Virus record (IMG/VR): IMGVR_UViG_3300026549_000046
Span: 68,048 to 132,047 of that record
Source of the DNA: a virus
Taxonomy: Duplodnaviria; Caudoviricetes
Strand: one strand, 5' to 3'
Length of the DNA: 64,000 nt
A model generated the notes under the pieces. That model made no database searches, had not been told where the DNA came from, and was given only the letters and a program-made list of their open reading frames with translations. Both the position numbers and the translations under genes were made by a program. Positions 29,288 to 42,198 of this stretch are shown here, piece by piece. Numbering within the stretch: the first letter of the stretch is position 1; each line of letters starts with the position of its first letter.

Positions 29288-32136
29288 AAATTTAACTCAT
29301 TTATAGCATTTTTTAATTCATTATCTATATTATTAATTGTTCCTCCCTATTTAAGCCAACCTTTTTTCTTTAATCCCTATAAAACTTTACTAACTTCTGT
29401 AACATCAAGTTTACCAGATTTATAAAGTTGTTCTACCTAACGGGCCATTCTACCCCTAATAGTAGAAATTTTTCCAGCATTTAAATCTTTTACTTCAGGT
29501 TTAGAAACTTTAAATTTAAATTTCTATCCTCCAAATTCAAATGACAAAGTTCCAGATTTTAAATCTACGTTGGTTCCATAACCTCCAGTTACAGGAGAAG
29601 GTTTTTCACTAAATCCATAAGATTTTCTAAAATTATTTAATTCCTAAAAATCTTTGTCAAGCTCTCCTACATTTTTCTTACCATAATTAGGCTTAGACTC
29701 TTTTATAGGACGACGTATATTAAATAAAGGAGAATTATCCTATTTTAGGGGAGGACCTCCTTGTGGATTATTCCAAAATGTAGGTTTAGGAGATTCTGAT
29801 GTAACCTTTGGTTGGGCATTAGAAGCACTTTGGGTATTAGAAGGCTTTTCATTTAAATTTTGTTGTCTAAACCCATAAAAAGGTCTTCCTCCAAAGTACA
29901 TATCATAATCAGTGGGCATCCAATCTCTAATAATTGATTTTGGGGCAAATCTATAAATCCCTTCCCCTCTATGCATTGCTTCTGATTTTTTTCTATAATT
30001 ATCAATAACTTTCTGTTCACTAGGAGTTCTTTTATAAGTAGTGGACGTCTCCACTTTTTTTCTAAGAGGATTATATTTTCCACCAATACTTCTTAACTTT
30101 CCAGGCTTAAAATTTACTGTTACTTCATGTCCAGCATTTTCATTTCCTACAATTTGTTTATTTAAATATTCATTAGCAGCTGGATTTCCTTTTGTATTTC
30201 CTATTTCATTAATTTTAGCTATCTATTCTTTACTTGCTGTGACTTCTCCCTTATTGGTTTTAATGGTAGTTTTTGGGCTAGATAGTCTTCCATATTTAAC
30301 ATTAGAGTAAGCTGCTCTTCCTCCAGAAGTTAGTCCTGCTGCTATTCCCAAGAATTTAACATAATTCTAGGCGTCTCCACCATTAATTTCATCAAATTTT
30401 CCATCAAGGAGTTTATTCCAACTTTTTCTAAATTCGGGATCTTCAAGCATTTGTTTTCCTGCCATAGTTGAGAAAACAGCTCCTGCCATAGGCAATCCGT
30501 ATTTTACGAGTTTACTTCCGATTTTTCCAAGTTTTCCGCCAGGCAGTAAACCTAAAGCAGCAAATCCAGCATTAGATAAAAGTCTTTCTCCTACTTCTCC
30601 CCAGGATACTCCTTCATCTGCTACATCTGCTAATAGTTCTGAAGCCAATCCTCCAATACCTAATACAGCTGAAGCTGCAGTTCCATATCCAGGAAGAAAT
30701 GAAGCTACAACAGAACCTAAATCCGCCATAAGAGCTTGTGCTCTCTAGGCATCAACAAATAAATCCTTTGCACCAGTAGCAATATTATAAGAACCATCGG
30801 AGTTAGTATATCTTGCCCCATTAGATTCTCTAAAGGAAGATAAGAATTTTCTGTCTTTTGCAGCAGTTCTTTTTAATAAATCCTACGCTTCTTTAGAATA
30901 TCCTTTTAAGAAGTCTGTATCAAGAGCAGTTTGTTGTCTCTAAGCTGCATTTTTAAAATTAAGCACTGTTCCTGTAGGTTTGTGCCAAACAGCTCCCTCT
31001 ACTCCAGGAAGAGCTTCAAAATCAGTAATTCTAGAATTTTGATATTTTCTTGAAGAATTTCTTATTAAATTATATAAGTCCCTACTAATAGGCTGTTTAG
31101 TTCCATATTTAAATGCTCCAACTAACTCTGACATTTCTTCTGGACTTAAATTTTCAAGTCCTGTTTCAGTATATTCATTAAGTTTAGATATCAAAGCTTG
31201 AGTACTTCCATATTTAGAGCCTAAAGATCTTAGGTTCTATCCCATCATATTCGGATTACTTCTACTAAAATATACTAATCTATTTTCCTATAAATATTTT
31301 TGTTTTGCTTGTTGTTCTAACTATTGTTGTTTTAATTGTTGCTCCTATTTAAGTTTATTTTGTTGAGCTAAATAATCATTATACTAACCATAAGTAACTG
31401 GGGTTCCATCTTCTAATGTTTCACGAATGTCACCACTACCATCATTAAAGAAATCTTCATATCTTAATCCTATTGGATTAAGTACGTCCTTAAATTGATC
31501 TGGGGTTCCAGTTCTTAAAGTATTTATAGCAGTATTTACTTTTGTTTTAAAATCTTCAAGATTTTCAAATGGACTGTCTTTAAAACTGTGTTGTCCTTCT
31601 TGTAAAGAATTTGCATAAGTTTCTAATATTTTAGCAAGTTTTTCGGCTCTTTTCTAAGTGCCTCTTAATCCATTTTCGCCTCTAACATCAAACTCATTCC
31701 ACTCTTGCCTACTCCAGTCTCTACCTCCAAATTCTTTCCCAATTTGATTATTAAGTTGGGAAGTAAAGTATTTGTTATTAAATACTGGAAGTTCTTTATT
31801 TTCTTCAACTACAGGTTTTCTAACAGGAATTTTTGCCATCTATCTTTGAATAAAATCAGCAGCAGCTCCGTACATATCTCTGTCCATCTAAGATTTAGAA
31901 TCCAAATCTATTGGATCCCCTTTATGATTGATAGTCCAAACTCCAGTAGTGTTAGAAGCTCCTGTAATGCCTTTAGATACAATATCTTGATAAGCATTTA
32001 AAAAACTCTATTTTCTCTTATTAGACCAGGGCTAACTATTTACAAAAGATTGAACTTCATTAGCACTATTTTGAATAAACTGATTATAATCTATTTCATC
32101 AGTTCCATATGGTATATATAAAACTTCTTTCTCCAT
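29284..32136 (-). CDS. Putative virion cargo/ejection protein (~950 aa, code 15) with Gly/Ala-rich membrane-like segment
   Basis: ATG 32134-32136, TGA 29284-29286. Track ORFs 31654, 30940, 30367 and 29740 are in one frame. Hydrophobic stretch SVVASFLPGYGTAASAVLGIGG...FAALGLLPGG. Confidence 0.72.
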
Positions 32137-32156
32137 AAAACTTTAATTTAAAAAAT

Positions 32157-32193
32157 AAAGGGTAACACGACTTATCGTGTCGCATTACCCTTT
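32157..32193 (-). terminator. Probable intrinsic terminator/stem-loop
   Basis: Inverted repeat AAAGGGTAA-CACGA...TCGTG...TTACCCTTT just downstream of the stop at 32199, followed by a T-rich tract on the minus strand. Confidence 0.6.
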
Positions 32194-32198
32194 AATAA

Positions 32199-32507
32199 TT
32201 ACTTTTTAATCCATCTCGATAACTTTCCTCCCATCTTATATACGGGAGCCTCTCCAGCGGGAGCGGCAGGTTCTCCACCTCCACCTAGCATCTAAATAAC
32301 GGCTTGACATACTTGCATTGCCAATTGACAGTCTTGAGACTCAAGAGCTTGTTGGCAAGCCATCATTAACTATTGGGCAGGATCCTCACCACCCTATTCA
32401 GGAGCAGGAGTAGCATTTGGATCTTCTGTAGGAGCGGCTACTTCTCCGCCTTCCTAAAATTTAGGAACATATTGTTCCTCGTTGTAATTCTTAATTTTAA
32501 TGTTCAT
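32199..32507 (-). CDS. Small Pro/Ala/Gln-rich virion (internal) protein, 102 aa, code 15
   Basis: Translated by hand: MNIKIKNYNEEQYVPKFQEGGEVAAP...QQALESQDCQLAMQVCQAVIQMLGGG...PVYKMGGKLSRWIKK*. Contains four TAG codons. Missed by the ORF track. Confidence 0.75.
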
Positions 32508-32611
32508 AATTATCGATAATTTTAAAGTTAATTAAATATTATATACTATTTAAGTATATTTTAAACATCTTTTGTCTAAATTATCATTTGTATATATAGA
32601 ATCAAAAATAA

Positions 32612-32842
32612 TTACTAATTAATTGATTTTTGCCAAATTCCTGTAATGGAGTCAATTCCGAGTAGTGATGCAGAAGTAACTGCTATCAATTCTCCATATT
32701 GTGGTATATTCATATCAAAAATAAATCCAGCTAAAAGTATTCCAAGACATAAAAACCAGCCTATTAATCCGCAAATACGTTTTGAACTGAATCCACCACT
32801 ATTTTTTTGAAAAATAGTTTTCCAACTAAATGTGTCTTTCAT
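32612..32842 (-). CDS. Putative holin / small two-TM membrane protein (76 aa)
   Basis: Track ORF 32615..32842 followed by TAG-TAA. SSKR motif followed by two hydrophobic helices. Coupled to the upstream lysozyme gene. Confidence 0.65.
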
Positions 32843-33567
32843 TATACTTTATATGTATTAAATATATTATTAGCGGTTCTAGCACGTTTAACGTGTTCTG
32901 GATCTTGTTGGTTTAAATACCCTCTTCCATTTCTGCCAGCAAATCTTTCAAACTCTTTTCCAAATATAAATGAAGCGCCAGAAGCAGATAATTTAGAATC
33001 TAATAATACTCTTAATTTATTATTATTATTAATTTTATCAACTAAATAATCTAACTACTATTCAAAATTTGGATTTCCCTAAATACCATGTTTTCCGGCC
33101 CAATTTAATAGATCTGGTAAAGCTCCTTTACTATTAAATCCTGCAATTCCATAAGCTGTTGTATTTCTAGAATCTTTTACAGTCTATGTAGGATTTTTAA
33201 GGTTTTCATGGTATAAATTTCCTACAATTCCAGCAGCACTTCCTTTAGGAATTCCTTTACTTATTAAATATTTGTAAGCATATTCAGCATTACCATTTAA
33301 AGTTGTATTAGTCCTTTTAGGAGGAGTGTCTATAGCGGAAGTCTCTACATTAGTACTTATAGGAGTTTGCATTTCTGTGTTATCTTCAATTACACTGTGG
33401 AGGTTTGATTTTACTATAGGAAATCCAGTATCGTAATTAATTGAACTTGCCCAATCTAGTTCTGTAGGGGTATCAAATAAAGGTAATTCAAAAGTAGTTG
33501 GTTCTGGAGTATCTACCTATTCATATACTACAAAACTATCATTTACTGGATTATACTACATAGCCAT
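32842..33567 (-). CDS. Phage tail lysozyme (Phage_lysozyme2-like) domain protein, ~241 aa
   Basis: ATG 33565-33567, TAA 32842-32844. Motifs AYKYLISKG..AAGIVGNLYHE..AYGIAGF..FEQQLDYL..FGKEFER..R, with QQ encoded by TAG TAG. Confidence 0.8.
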
Positions 33568-34178
33568 TATTCATCCTCCTTTCCTTTTGGAGCATCTACA
33601 TATTCAGCAGGACGTTCATTCTAACCCTTCAATACTTTAAACATATATTTACCAAGGGCTTTATAATCTTTATCTTCTTTAGAGAAATTAGCTTTAAGTG
33701 CTTTCTTTATTAATATAAGAGTTTCACGTCTTGATACTATGCGTTCACCTCCTTCTAACGGCATTTGACATTGTCCCTACTAATCGAGGACCTTCATAAC
33801 ATACTTGTGAGTATCATCTTCATCTAAATCAGCTGCATCCCCTTTCTTAATTCCACTATCTACATTAACTTCAAGTACATATGATGCAATTCCACGTATA
33901 TCATCATCTTCTGGATTACCTCGTTTAACATCGAGTACCTTAAATTCATCATCCATGAATATCATATCAATAGGAAATGGTACATTATGCATGTGAAACT
34001 ATGTTTCAACAGGCTCTTCTTCATTTATGTAAAATAAAATTCCTTCATCTTTTGGAAGACTAGAAAAATACTATAATCCTTGCTTTTTCTGTTCCTCAGA
34101 TTTAGCAAGTAATATATCATATTCCTATCCACCAATTTTAATCGATCCTATATTCTTAGTTTTCTTTGCTTCTATCAT
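33567..34178 (-). CDS. DUF192-like domain protein with C-terminal LEGGERI domain (~203 aa)
   Basis: ATG 34176-34178, TAA 33567-33569. The pattern A..EEQKKQGLQ....LPKDEGILF....FHMHNVPFPIDMIFMD....YVLEVN is typical of DUF192. Confidence 0.75.
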
Positions 34179-34185
34179 AATACAT

Positions 34186-35085
34186 TTATTTATTATATTC
34201 CAAATTATTCTTTTCTGCAACTTTTTCTATAAGTCCAGTGTTATCCTCGGTATTATTTATAAATATATCAGTAAGAATTTTTCCAGCTTTTATAGCCAAT
34301 TCATCTTTTTCAGATTCCTTATCTGTTTCATTAAATTTTTTATAGAGTTTTTCTATATCAGTAGTAGCCTATTTATCAAAAATTACTTCTTCTCTCTCTA
34401 TTTCGGCCTGCTACTATATTTCTCCGTTTTCTTCACTTATAACTGGTATACCTTTTGGAGTTACTATTCCTTCAGAAGCTAATTGCATGTGATTTTTATG
34501 GGCATGAAGACTTCCAGAAGGAATTACAGCACCTCCCTATTTAAAGGCTTCTGGGATAACATTCATTTGTCCACCTTGCTTAAAAGCTTCTACTTCTTCT
34601 TGTTTTAAATCTCCACTCTATTCCTTCTAAATGTTGCCTTGATTCTAGTCCAAGGTATTTTCTTTTTGTGAATTTTTAGTATATGTCCAACAATCTTTTT
34701 CTTTATTGAATAAACGTACATAACCTCCTTGTTTAAGTTCTTTAACGAGTGGAATTACATCATTATCCCATACTCGAATATCTTTAGCTACAGTTTCATT
34801 ATCTTCACCTTTATTAAGATATTCATATTCATCTGTCTCTTCATTATATCCAATAGATGGAAGTTTAACATTAGTTTCATCTATAGGTTGAATCATTCCA
34901 TACCATAAGGCTTCTTTATAATCTTTAGGAGAACCATATGCTTTCCAAGCTGATTCTAACCTATAATTATCATCAACTTCTATAGGAAGAGATTTTTTAA
35001 ATTTCTCAAAAGGATTTCCAACTTCCTATTTTTTAGAAAGTTCTTTTTGTCTATTAATTATATTTTTTAATCTTGAACGTTTCAT
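34186..35085 (-). CDS. Putative virion cargo protein (~299 aa) with AFKQGG repeats and IPSGSLHAHKNH / AEIEREEVIF domain
   Basis: ATG 35083-35085, TAA 34186-34188. Includes track ORF 34645..34896 in frame. Confidence 0.7.
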
Positions 35086-35091
35086 ATATTA

Positions 35092-37131
35092 TTATTTAGA
35101 TTTATTATATACTCTGCCTTTAATTTTAAATGGTTGACCAAAAGGAATAATATTTTCATATTTTTCTAATCCGAATGTATGTTTAGAGAAAAAATTGTCA
35201 TCTGAAGAACTGACTCCTTTAAATGGATTTATATCCCAAGTATCAGTATATTCTGTATATCCTCCTTTACTATCTCTACCTGGTTCAATAGTATATGTTC
35301 CTAAGGAATGATTATGCAGTTGCGTTTTATTGGAAACTTGATTCGGAATATCTACTAATTCTGGGTACACTAATTCATAAGCCCCGCTTTTTACAGAACT
35401 AGGTCTTACTAAATCAGAGACAGCTGCTTTTCTTAAGTTGTCATAACCTTCATTTCCGATGTCCTTTAACTCCTTACTTGAAAGTTTTCTACCAGGAAGA
35501 GGCATCTCATGTAGTGCAAATTTGTATATATCTCCTACAATAGAATCTTGACCTGTATACTTACCAAATAAAGCTTCCGTATTTATATCCTCATATTCTC
35601 TAGTACCATTTTTTATGAAGTTCTTTATTTGATTCACTTTATATCCTGTAGGTCTTACAGTTCTATACATTCTATTTCTAAGCCTTTGAGCTACTGTACT
35701 CACAGCATCAGAAACACCTTGCAGTATATTTGTAGAAGGAACATACCCAGCACCTCCAGTAGTTACCATCTTTATAACTTTAGTCCCATTTTGTGCAGAA
35801 AGTATCATTGCTTTATTATCAATTAATGCGGCTGCCGATAATAATCTCTATCCCATATTATGGTTAGTTGCATTATTAAATATCTTCATTCCTTGCTTGC
35901 CAATAGCTAAGGGATTCCATCCACCCTGAATCATTTGAGCATATCTCTGATTATTAATAGAAGTCATATACTAACTTCTAATCTTTTGAATTTCATCCTA
36001 ATCAGTCATTGCTAGTATTTGATTCCAAGCATTATTAGCAAAGTCTATATTTCTTTGGGCACGATTTTTAGCACTTCTTGAGAACGTTCCATAAGTCTTT
36101 CCTGCCTCTTCTCGTGCTTGATCAAATTTTTTTCCTAAATTACCAAAAGCATTACCCATGAAAGTATTGGTTCTTTCCGAATTTTGCCAAGACTAGTTAT
36201 TAAAAGTTCCAGTAGTTTTTGCTCCTGCCATATTTAGCCATTTTACTGGAGCAGGCATAAAAGCAGAACCAAGAATAGCATCTTGTGTTGTCATTCCAGA
36301 TGTAGAACCAAATATATTAGATAATCCTTTATTTAAAGCTAATGCTGCAGCAATTCCTTGACCATAACCAGGAATAAATCCAACTGCTCCTTGTATTGCA
36401 TCATAAGCAGTATCTAACCCCTATGTAATATGACCATATTTTCCACTATATTCTTTAGAAGGGCCAAAAGCCGCTGACAGTCCGGAACCAATCATCTATG
36501 CTCCTAGAGCATATGGATTAATTGTTCCTGCCTAAGTTTCTCCAAATAATCCACTTCCACTAAAAAGGCCTTTGCTTGTTGATCCTATATTAGAAGCTAA
36601 TTGTCCTCCAATAGTACCCAATCCTGTAGCTATTCCCTAACCAATACCTTTAGATAGCATGGAATTCCCTCCTAAAGAGGAAATTCCCTATCCTATATAA
36701 TTAGCAGCTATTCCAGACCCTGCTCCAGCTAAAGATGCTCCAACATTCTCAGAAAGTCCATCTATTAAATTAGTTTTCTTTAAGATATTATTATAAACAG
36801 TATTTCCCGCACTATTTAATCCAGAACTAAATAAAGTACCTAAATTTCTTCCCAATTCAGAATCTCCAAGAACAGAGTTAATTTTATCATTAAATACTCC
36901 AGAAATAGCCTAAATTCCAGCTCCACCTAAAGAAGATGTGAAACTCTAAGTCTAATTTCTAGAATTTTGTATTTGTTGTTTACCTAATTTTCCTGGATAT
37001 AATGGATTATTCATCTTTATCTAAGGAACTGGGAGAACTTTCTAAGCAATAGCTGTTTGCCAATTTACACTTAAATCAGAAAGTCCTGGAAATAATACAT
37101 TTCCTTTCTAATACTTTTTAATCTTTTTCAT
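35092..37131 (-). CDS. Gly-rich putative ejection/cargo protein (~679 aa) with a distinct TAG-free C-terminal module
   Basis: ATG 37129-37131. The frame runs without TAA/TGA across 35880-35800 into track ORF 35092..35808. The N-terminal half is Gly/Ala/Ser-rich with hydrophobic segments. Confidence 0.7.
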
Positions 37132-37132
37132 A

Positions 37133-40100
37133 TTAACTATAACTTATATTATATAAAGTAATTAAACTATGTATTATAGCCAAATTCTTTCCACTATATC
37201 TGATTCTTATTTTTACCCACTTATCTCTAATTCTAGCTTCCTTCCTATAAGTCCAATCTCCGACATTTACATATTCTGTAATAGGAGTATCTTTAGTTCT
37301 GTCTGTTCTAGTATAAATATTAGGAATTTTATCCATAGATATTTCATTACTAGTTAAATCTTTGGGAACATTAGAACTATTAATTATAATTGGAGGAATG
37401 TTATTTTTCCAACCTTCTTCATTTTTCTAATTAAAAATAATAGAAGGTATCTATATATTCCATTTGCCTTCTTTATAACGAGAGTTTCCTCTTAATCTTC
37501 CAACTAAATCAATGGGACTATTTTTAATATGTGTAACTATATTAAACTAATTTAAATCTTTATTCCATTTTATTTCGGAACCTGATAAATTCTTAAAATC
37601 ATACCCACTACCAGTCATTTCCATATATTTATCATATACCTCATTATAAGTATCAACTTTTTCATAATATAATGGAAATATAGTAGATTTCACCTATTTA
37701 ACTAATCCAGTATTTTCAACTGGGTATACTTTATCAACAGACTTTTTAGTGTAATCGTATGTATTTTGTTTAGATAATCCATTATTACCTTGAATTCCTG
37801 TTCCTCTATAATACTATTCAAGACTTCGTTTAGTGGCTATAACATCTGTAAATTTTCTATCATATAACATATCAGAACCAAGATTCTAATATAGATTTTT
37901 AGTAGCTTCTTGTCTGAAATACATTGTTCTTTTGTCAGAAGAAAATTCATAGTTATCACCTTCTATTTCAAAATGGAAAGATTCTGGCTCTGCTTTATTA
38001 GATATAATAATTAAGTTTTCAAAAATCTTCTACTAACCTATTTTATCATTTACAATAAATTCAAACTCAAAAGGATGGAATTCTCCGTACCAATATGTAG
38101 GATATAAATCTTCAACAACATTAAATATTCCAGACTAACCATGTAAGTAAAAATCAGTTGTAAGTCCTGGTTTAGATTTCTCTTCTTGTGTAAGAAGAGG
38201 ATTATTAACTATGGAATCTAAAGTTACTGCAATTGTTTCAGACTATAAATTAGTTTGAGTAAATGTTCCTTGAATATTCTAAACATATTCTGAAATACTA
38301 TCTAAGTATGGAGTTATTTGGAATAATAGTACTTTTCTTTCTTCAAATGTTTCAATACTACATGTGAGTTCGAGCTTATTATTATTTAGAGCTGTTTCAT
38401 TAACATATTTCCAATTTCCCCAATGATCTTTTTCTACTTTAAATTTAACCTTTGGTAATAAATACTATCCATTTTTGGCGTACTCTCCATTTATAGTTAC
38501 TTCTCTAATAAATGTAGTTCCATCACTATTTTTAACCGTATAAGGAACTCGTATTGTTCTATCTACCCCAGAATAATATAAATTGGCTGTATAATTATTA
38601 TTTTGCATAATAGGACTATCAACAAGTACTCCATAATTTTCTGGAATAGAATAATTACATTTACTTAACAGTGTTAAATATTTAGATGTATTTCTATCAA
38701 AAGTAAAGAACTGAGTATCAATATTTTCGGAGTATGATGGAATCCAGCTATAAAATGTTACAAACTAATTTAATAATTCATTATAACAAAGGTTCCAAAC
38801 TTTTTCTTCATCTTTATAAAGATCGTCATAAAAAGTAAACATTATATCCTTTTTATTGTTATTATAATGTGTTTTTACATTTTTTAATCCTATAATTGGA
38901 TATAATTCTCTTTCTCCTAAAGAAATATTATCAACTAAGAATTTATTTACTTTGAAATCTGAAAGAATTTCTATTTGCTATCCAGACACTCTCCATATTT
39001 TTTTAGCGATTGTATCAACTCCATAAACATATCCAGCTTCAGATTTTATTACAGATTCTGGCCATTGAGTTCCATACGTATCAGTAATAATTGTAAGTTC
39101 TTCTGGAAGAACATTAGCAGTATTTATAAATACAGGTTCTCCGTCTCCATTTCCAGCAAGTACTCTTTCATTAATAACAGCTACTCCTATTGCATGTTCA
39201 AATATTACTAATAAATATCCTTCAAATCCAACCAATTTCTATATAGAACCGTATTCTTGAGAATAATCCCTAAAATAAGTTGAAAGAGAATATCTATAAT
39301 TGTTTTTAAATGAATCTTGAATAGCCATAGCTGAATATTGTATTCTATTAGAGAAGGTGTCCTTTATATAATTAATGTTATTAAATGCAAAGTAACATTT
39401 AAATCCTAAAGATGCTCTATAAGCATCATTATAAAGATAAGAATCAGGAAGTTTATTTTCTCCTCTCCACATTAATTGATTTCTTGGATAATAACTTCTA
39501 GGAGTACCCATTAAAGATTCTTCAGCTACATAAGAATGATCATTAGAACGCAAAGCATAATTATATGGACTCATTATTCTAAATGTAATCCAACTTCCCA
39601 TCTAAACAGCATTTAAATCAGACCTAGAGATGTCTGCCCATTTTTCTTGATTCTAAACATCATAATTGTCTTTCCAAGTATTTTTGTCTATAATTTCATC
39701 ATTATTTGGAAGAGAAGGGTCATTAAAATTTCTATTTAATCTATAAGTGAAAGTATTAATATAACAATCTCCTCTCCAACAAGTTAGGGTTCTTTTATAT
39801 GAAACAGTTGTAGTCTATTCTGAATCAGTTGACTACTATTCTTCTTTTAAATAGGCTAATTTATCAAAATTATGTCTATCAGAAATGGCATAGAAAGGCT
39901 CTGAAGAATCCATTCTATTTTGGTATTCCTACGTTATATTAATAGACCCACTTCTATAAATATTATACCTAACTCCAGTTTTAAGTTTAGTATCACTGTA
40001 TATAGCTAAATAAGGAGAATATTTTCCTCTTACAAGGTTGGTGGCATTATTAACAGAATCAAAATCTTCATCACCAGAATTGTAAGAACCATTATCAACT

Positions 40101-42196
40101 TCTGCATATTTAAATCTAAAAGCTTCTTCGGTTTCTCCAATTTCAAGTCTAAATGCTTTATCTTTAATTGCAACAGTTGGAACATTATCTGTTACTGTAC
40201 ATATATTAACTTGAATTCTATTTAAATCCTATTTATAAGTCTACGTCTTTGGAGTTCTTCCTCCTTCTCTATAAAATCTTCCTTCTCTGCTAATTATATC
40301 ATTATCAGTAATCTGTTCTAATACAAATTTATTACTATTAAAAATCTAATTAAAGTAAGGCTAATTTAATAGAAAATCTGGACAAATTGCAGCATAAGAA
40401 TTTTTATTTAAAACATTCTCAGCAGAATCTGTATAGATATATTTATATAATCTCTAATCATAGTCATTAGATACTAATAATCCATCTCCATCATAAGCAT
40501 ATCTTTCCTTGTTTTCATTGTCTTTTAACAATTTACTCTACGTTAAAAAACATTCAGTATAAAAATTAGTATTATCAGTGCTAGATTCTTTCACTTGCAA
40601 AACTGGAGCTTCTAGTTCTTCATCAACATTTAATAAATAACACTATGCTAATATATTAGGAATTCTTTTCTATCTTACAAAGAACATTCCCCTAATTCCT
40701 AAATCAGATTTTAAATAATCTAAAACTTCTTGAGGTACTGTAAATTTAATTCCTAAAATAGAATCTTCAGGTAAGTTCTTCTATTTAAATCTACATACAC
40801 CTCTTGCATTTAAATTCTAGCCTGAAATAGAATATGCATCATCATTTTTAATCCATCCATTATCATCTACTTTAATATACTACCTAGTTAAGAGATATGA
40901 ATTTTCATCTCTAAATAAATTTCCATTTAAAGAAAGTTCTGAATTTAAGTCTCCTCCTAATGTATTATATACATTAGATAGTGTTCCATTCTAATAAATA
41001 AAAACTACTCCAAATCTATAGTATTCCTAATTAAAATATCCAGTTTTATTATAAATATTTAATGAACTATAGTAAGCAAATCTAGGATCATCACACTAAT
41101 AAATATTATTTACCAATGTCATTTTGTCTTCCTAAATACTTGGAATAATTCTTAAAGCACAATCCTATAATTCTCTATAATTATCAGTGTTTTTAACAAT
41201 ATTTCCAAAGAAAAGCATATTTTTACATTGGGCAGAAGTAAGAACACTTTTAGGATTAAATCTAGTAATATTTAATATATTTGCATCCAAATCTTCAGAT
41301 TGTTCGTTTCCTGTAATTTGTAAATATATGGTACTAGAATTTATTGGATATTTATTGTATATCTTTTTACATTCATAAACTCTATTTTGCTAATAATCTG
41401 CAAAATATCTAACATAATAAACTTTTAAATAGTTATAGGATTTATCGAGATTTTCCAACTTTAATTTAATTCCTTTATCGGAAGATTGGTTTTTTATTCC
41501 TCCATCCATAGAAAATGGGTCACAATCACTTCCGAGAAATACAGGAATTAATCCAGTTTCTGCAATATAATCTGATTCATTATCATCAGCATCACAATAT
41601 GTAAAATAAAAACAATACTATCCAACTGGAAGTATTCCTCTTATAAATCCTAAATATTGTATTGTTGGATTGTACTCATACTAAAAATATAAAGAAGTAT
41701 CTTTATCAAAAGTATTTGAATTATATATATTAGTATCATTTTCTCCAATTCTATCTACTATTTCATACGTATTCTTTTCTCTTACAGAGAACCTAGAATT
41801 TATTAATCTTGGTATATTTTTATTGTCATTTAATATTAAATTAACTGAGCCATCATATGAAGGTTGAATCTAAATATCAACTGGATGTTCTAAATCAAAA
41901 TTTAGTTTATCAGTATCTAAATTTATTAAAGAACCTGCCTTAGCGTAAAGTTCTGAAGGCTATGGCTCTTTAACATAATTATTATCAATAACATTTCCTC
42001 TTTTATCAACCCACTAATTCTTCTTCTTAGTTAATAGTTCTCCATTATTTATATTTACAGCCTGTCCTTTTGGTACTAAGAATTTTTTATCAATTAAGTA
42101 TAAATCAACGTCTGTCTAATAATTATAAAATGGATTATATTCATAAGCTAAATGGCCCTTCTACCTTAGAGTGTTTAAATATACTTTTATATCCAT
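37133..42196 (-). CDS. Tail stabilisation/muzzle-type protein (crAss, P22 gp10-like), ~1687 aa
   Basis: ATG 42194-42196 (MDIKVYL..GHLAYEYNPF), TAA 37133-37135. Track ORFs 39239, 38978 and 37133 are in frame. Motifs CWRGDCYINTF, NRIQYS, YGTQWPES and RDKWVKIRIRY. Confidence 0.8.
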
Positions 42197-42198
42197 TG

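Noticed and set aside
29011-30086. Minus-strand ORFs 29011..29232 and 29853..30086 (also 45626..45844, 51438..51620, 63732..63983)
   Set aside because: Alternate-frame overlaps of longer coherent genes.
32510-32610. AT-rich intergenic gap as a promoter
   Set aside because: No convincing Bacteroidota TAnnTTTG element on the coding strand. A phage late promoter is possible but cannot be supported from this window.
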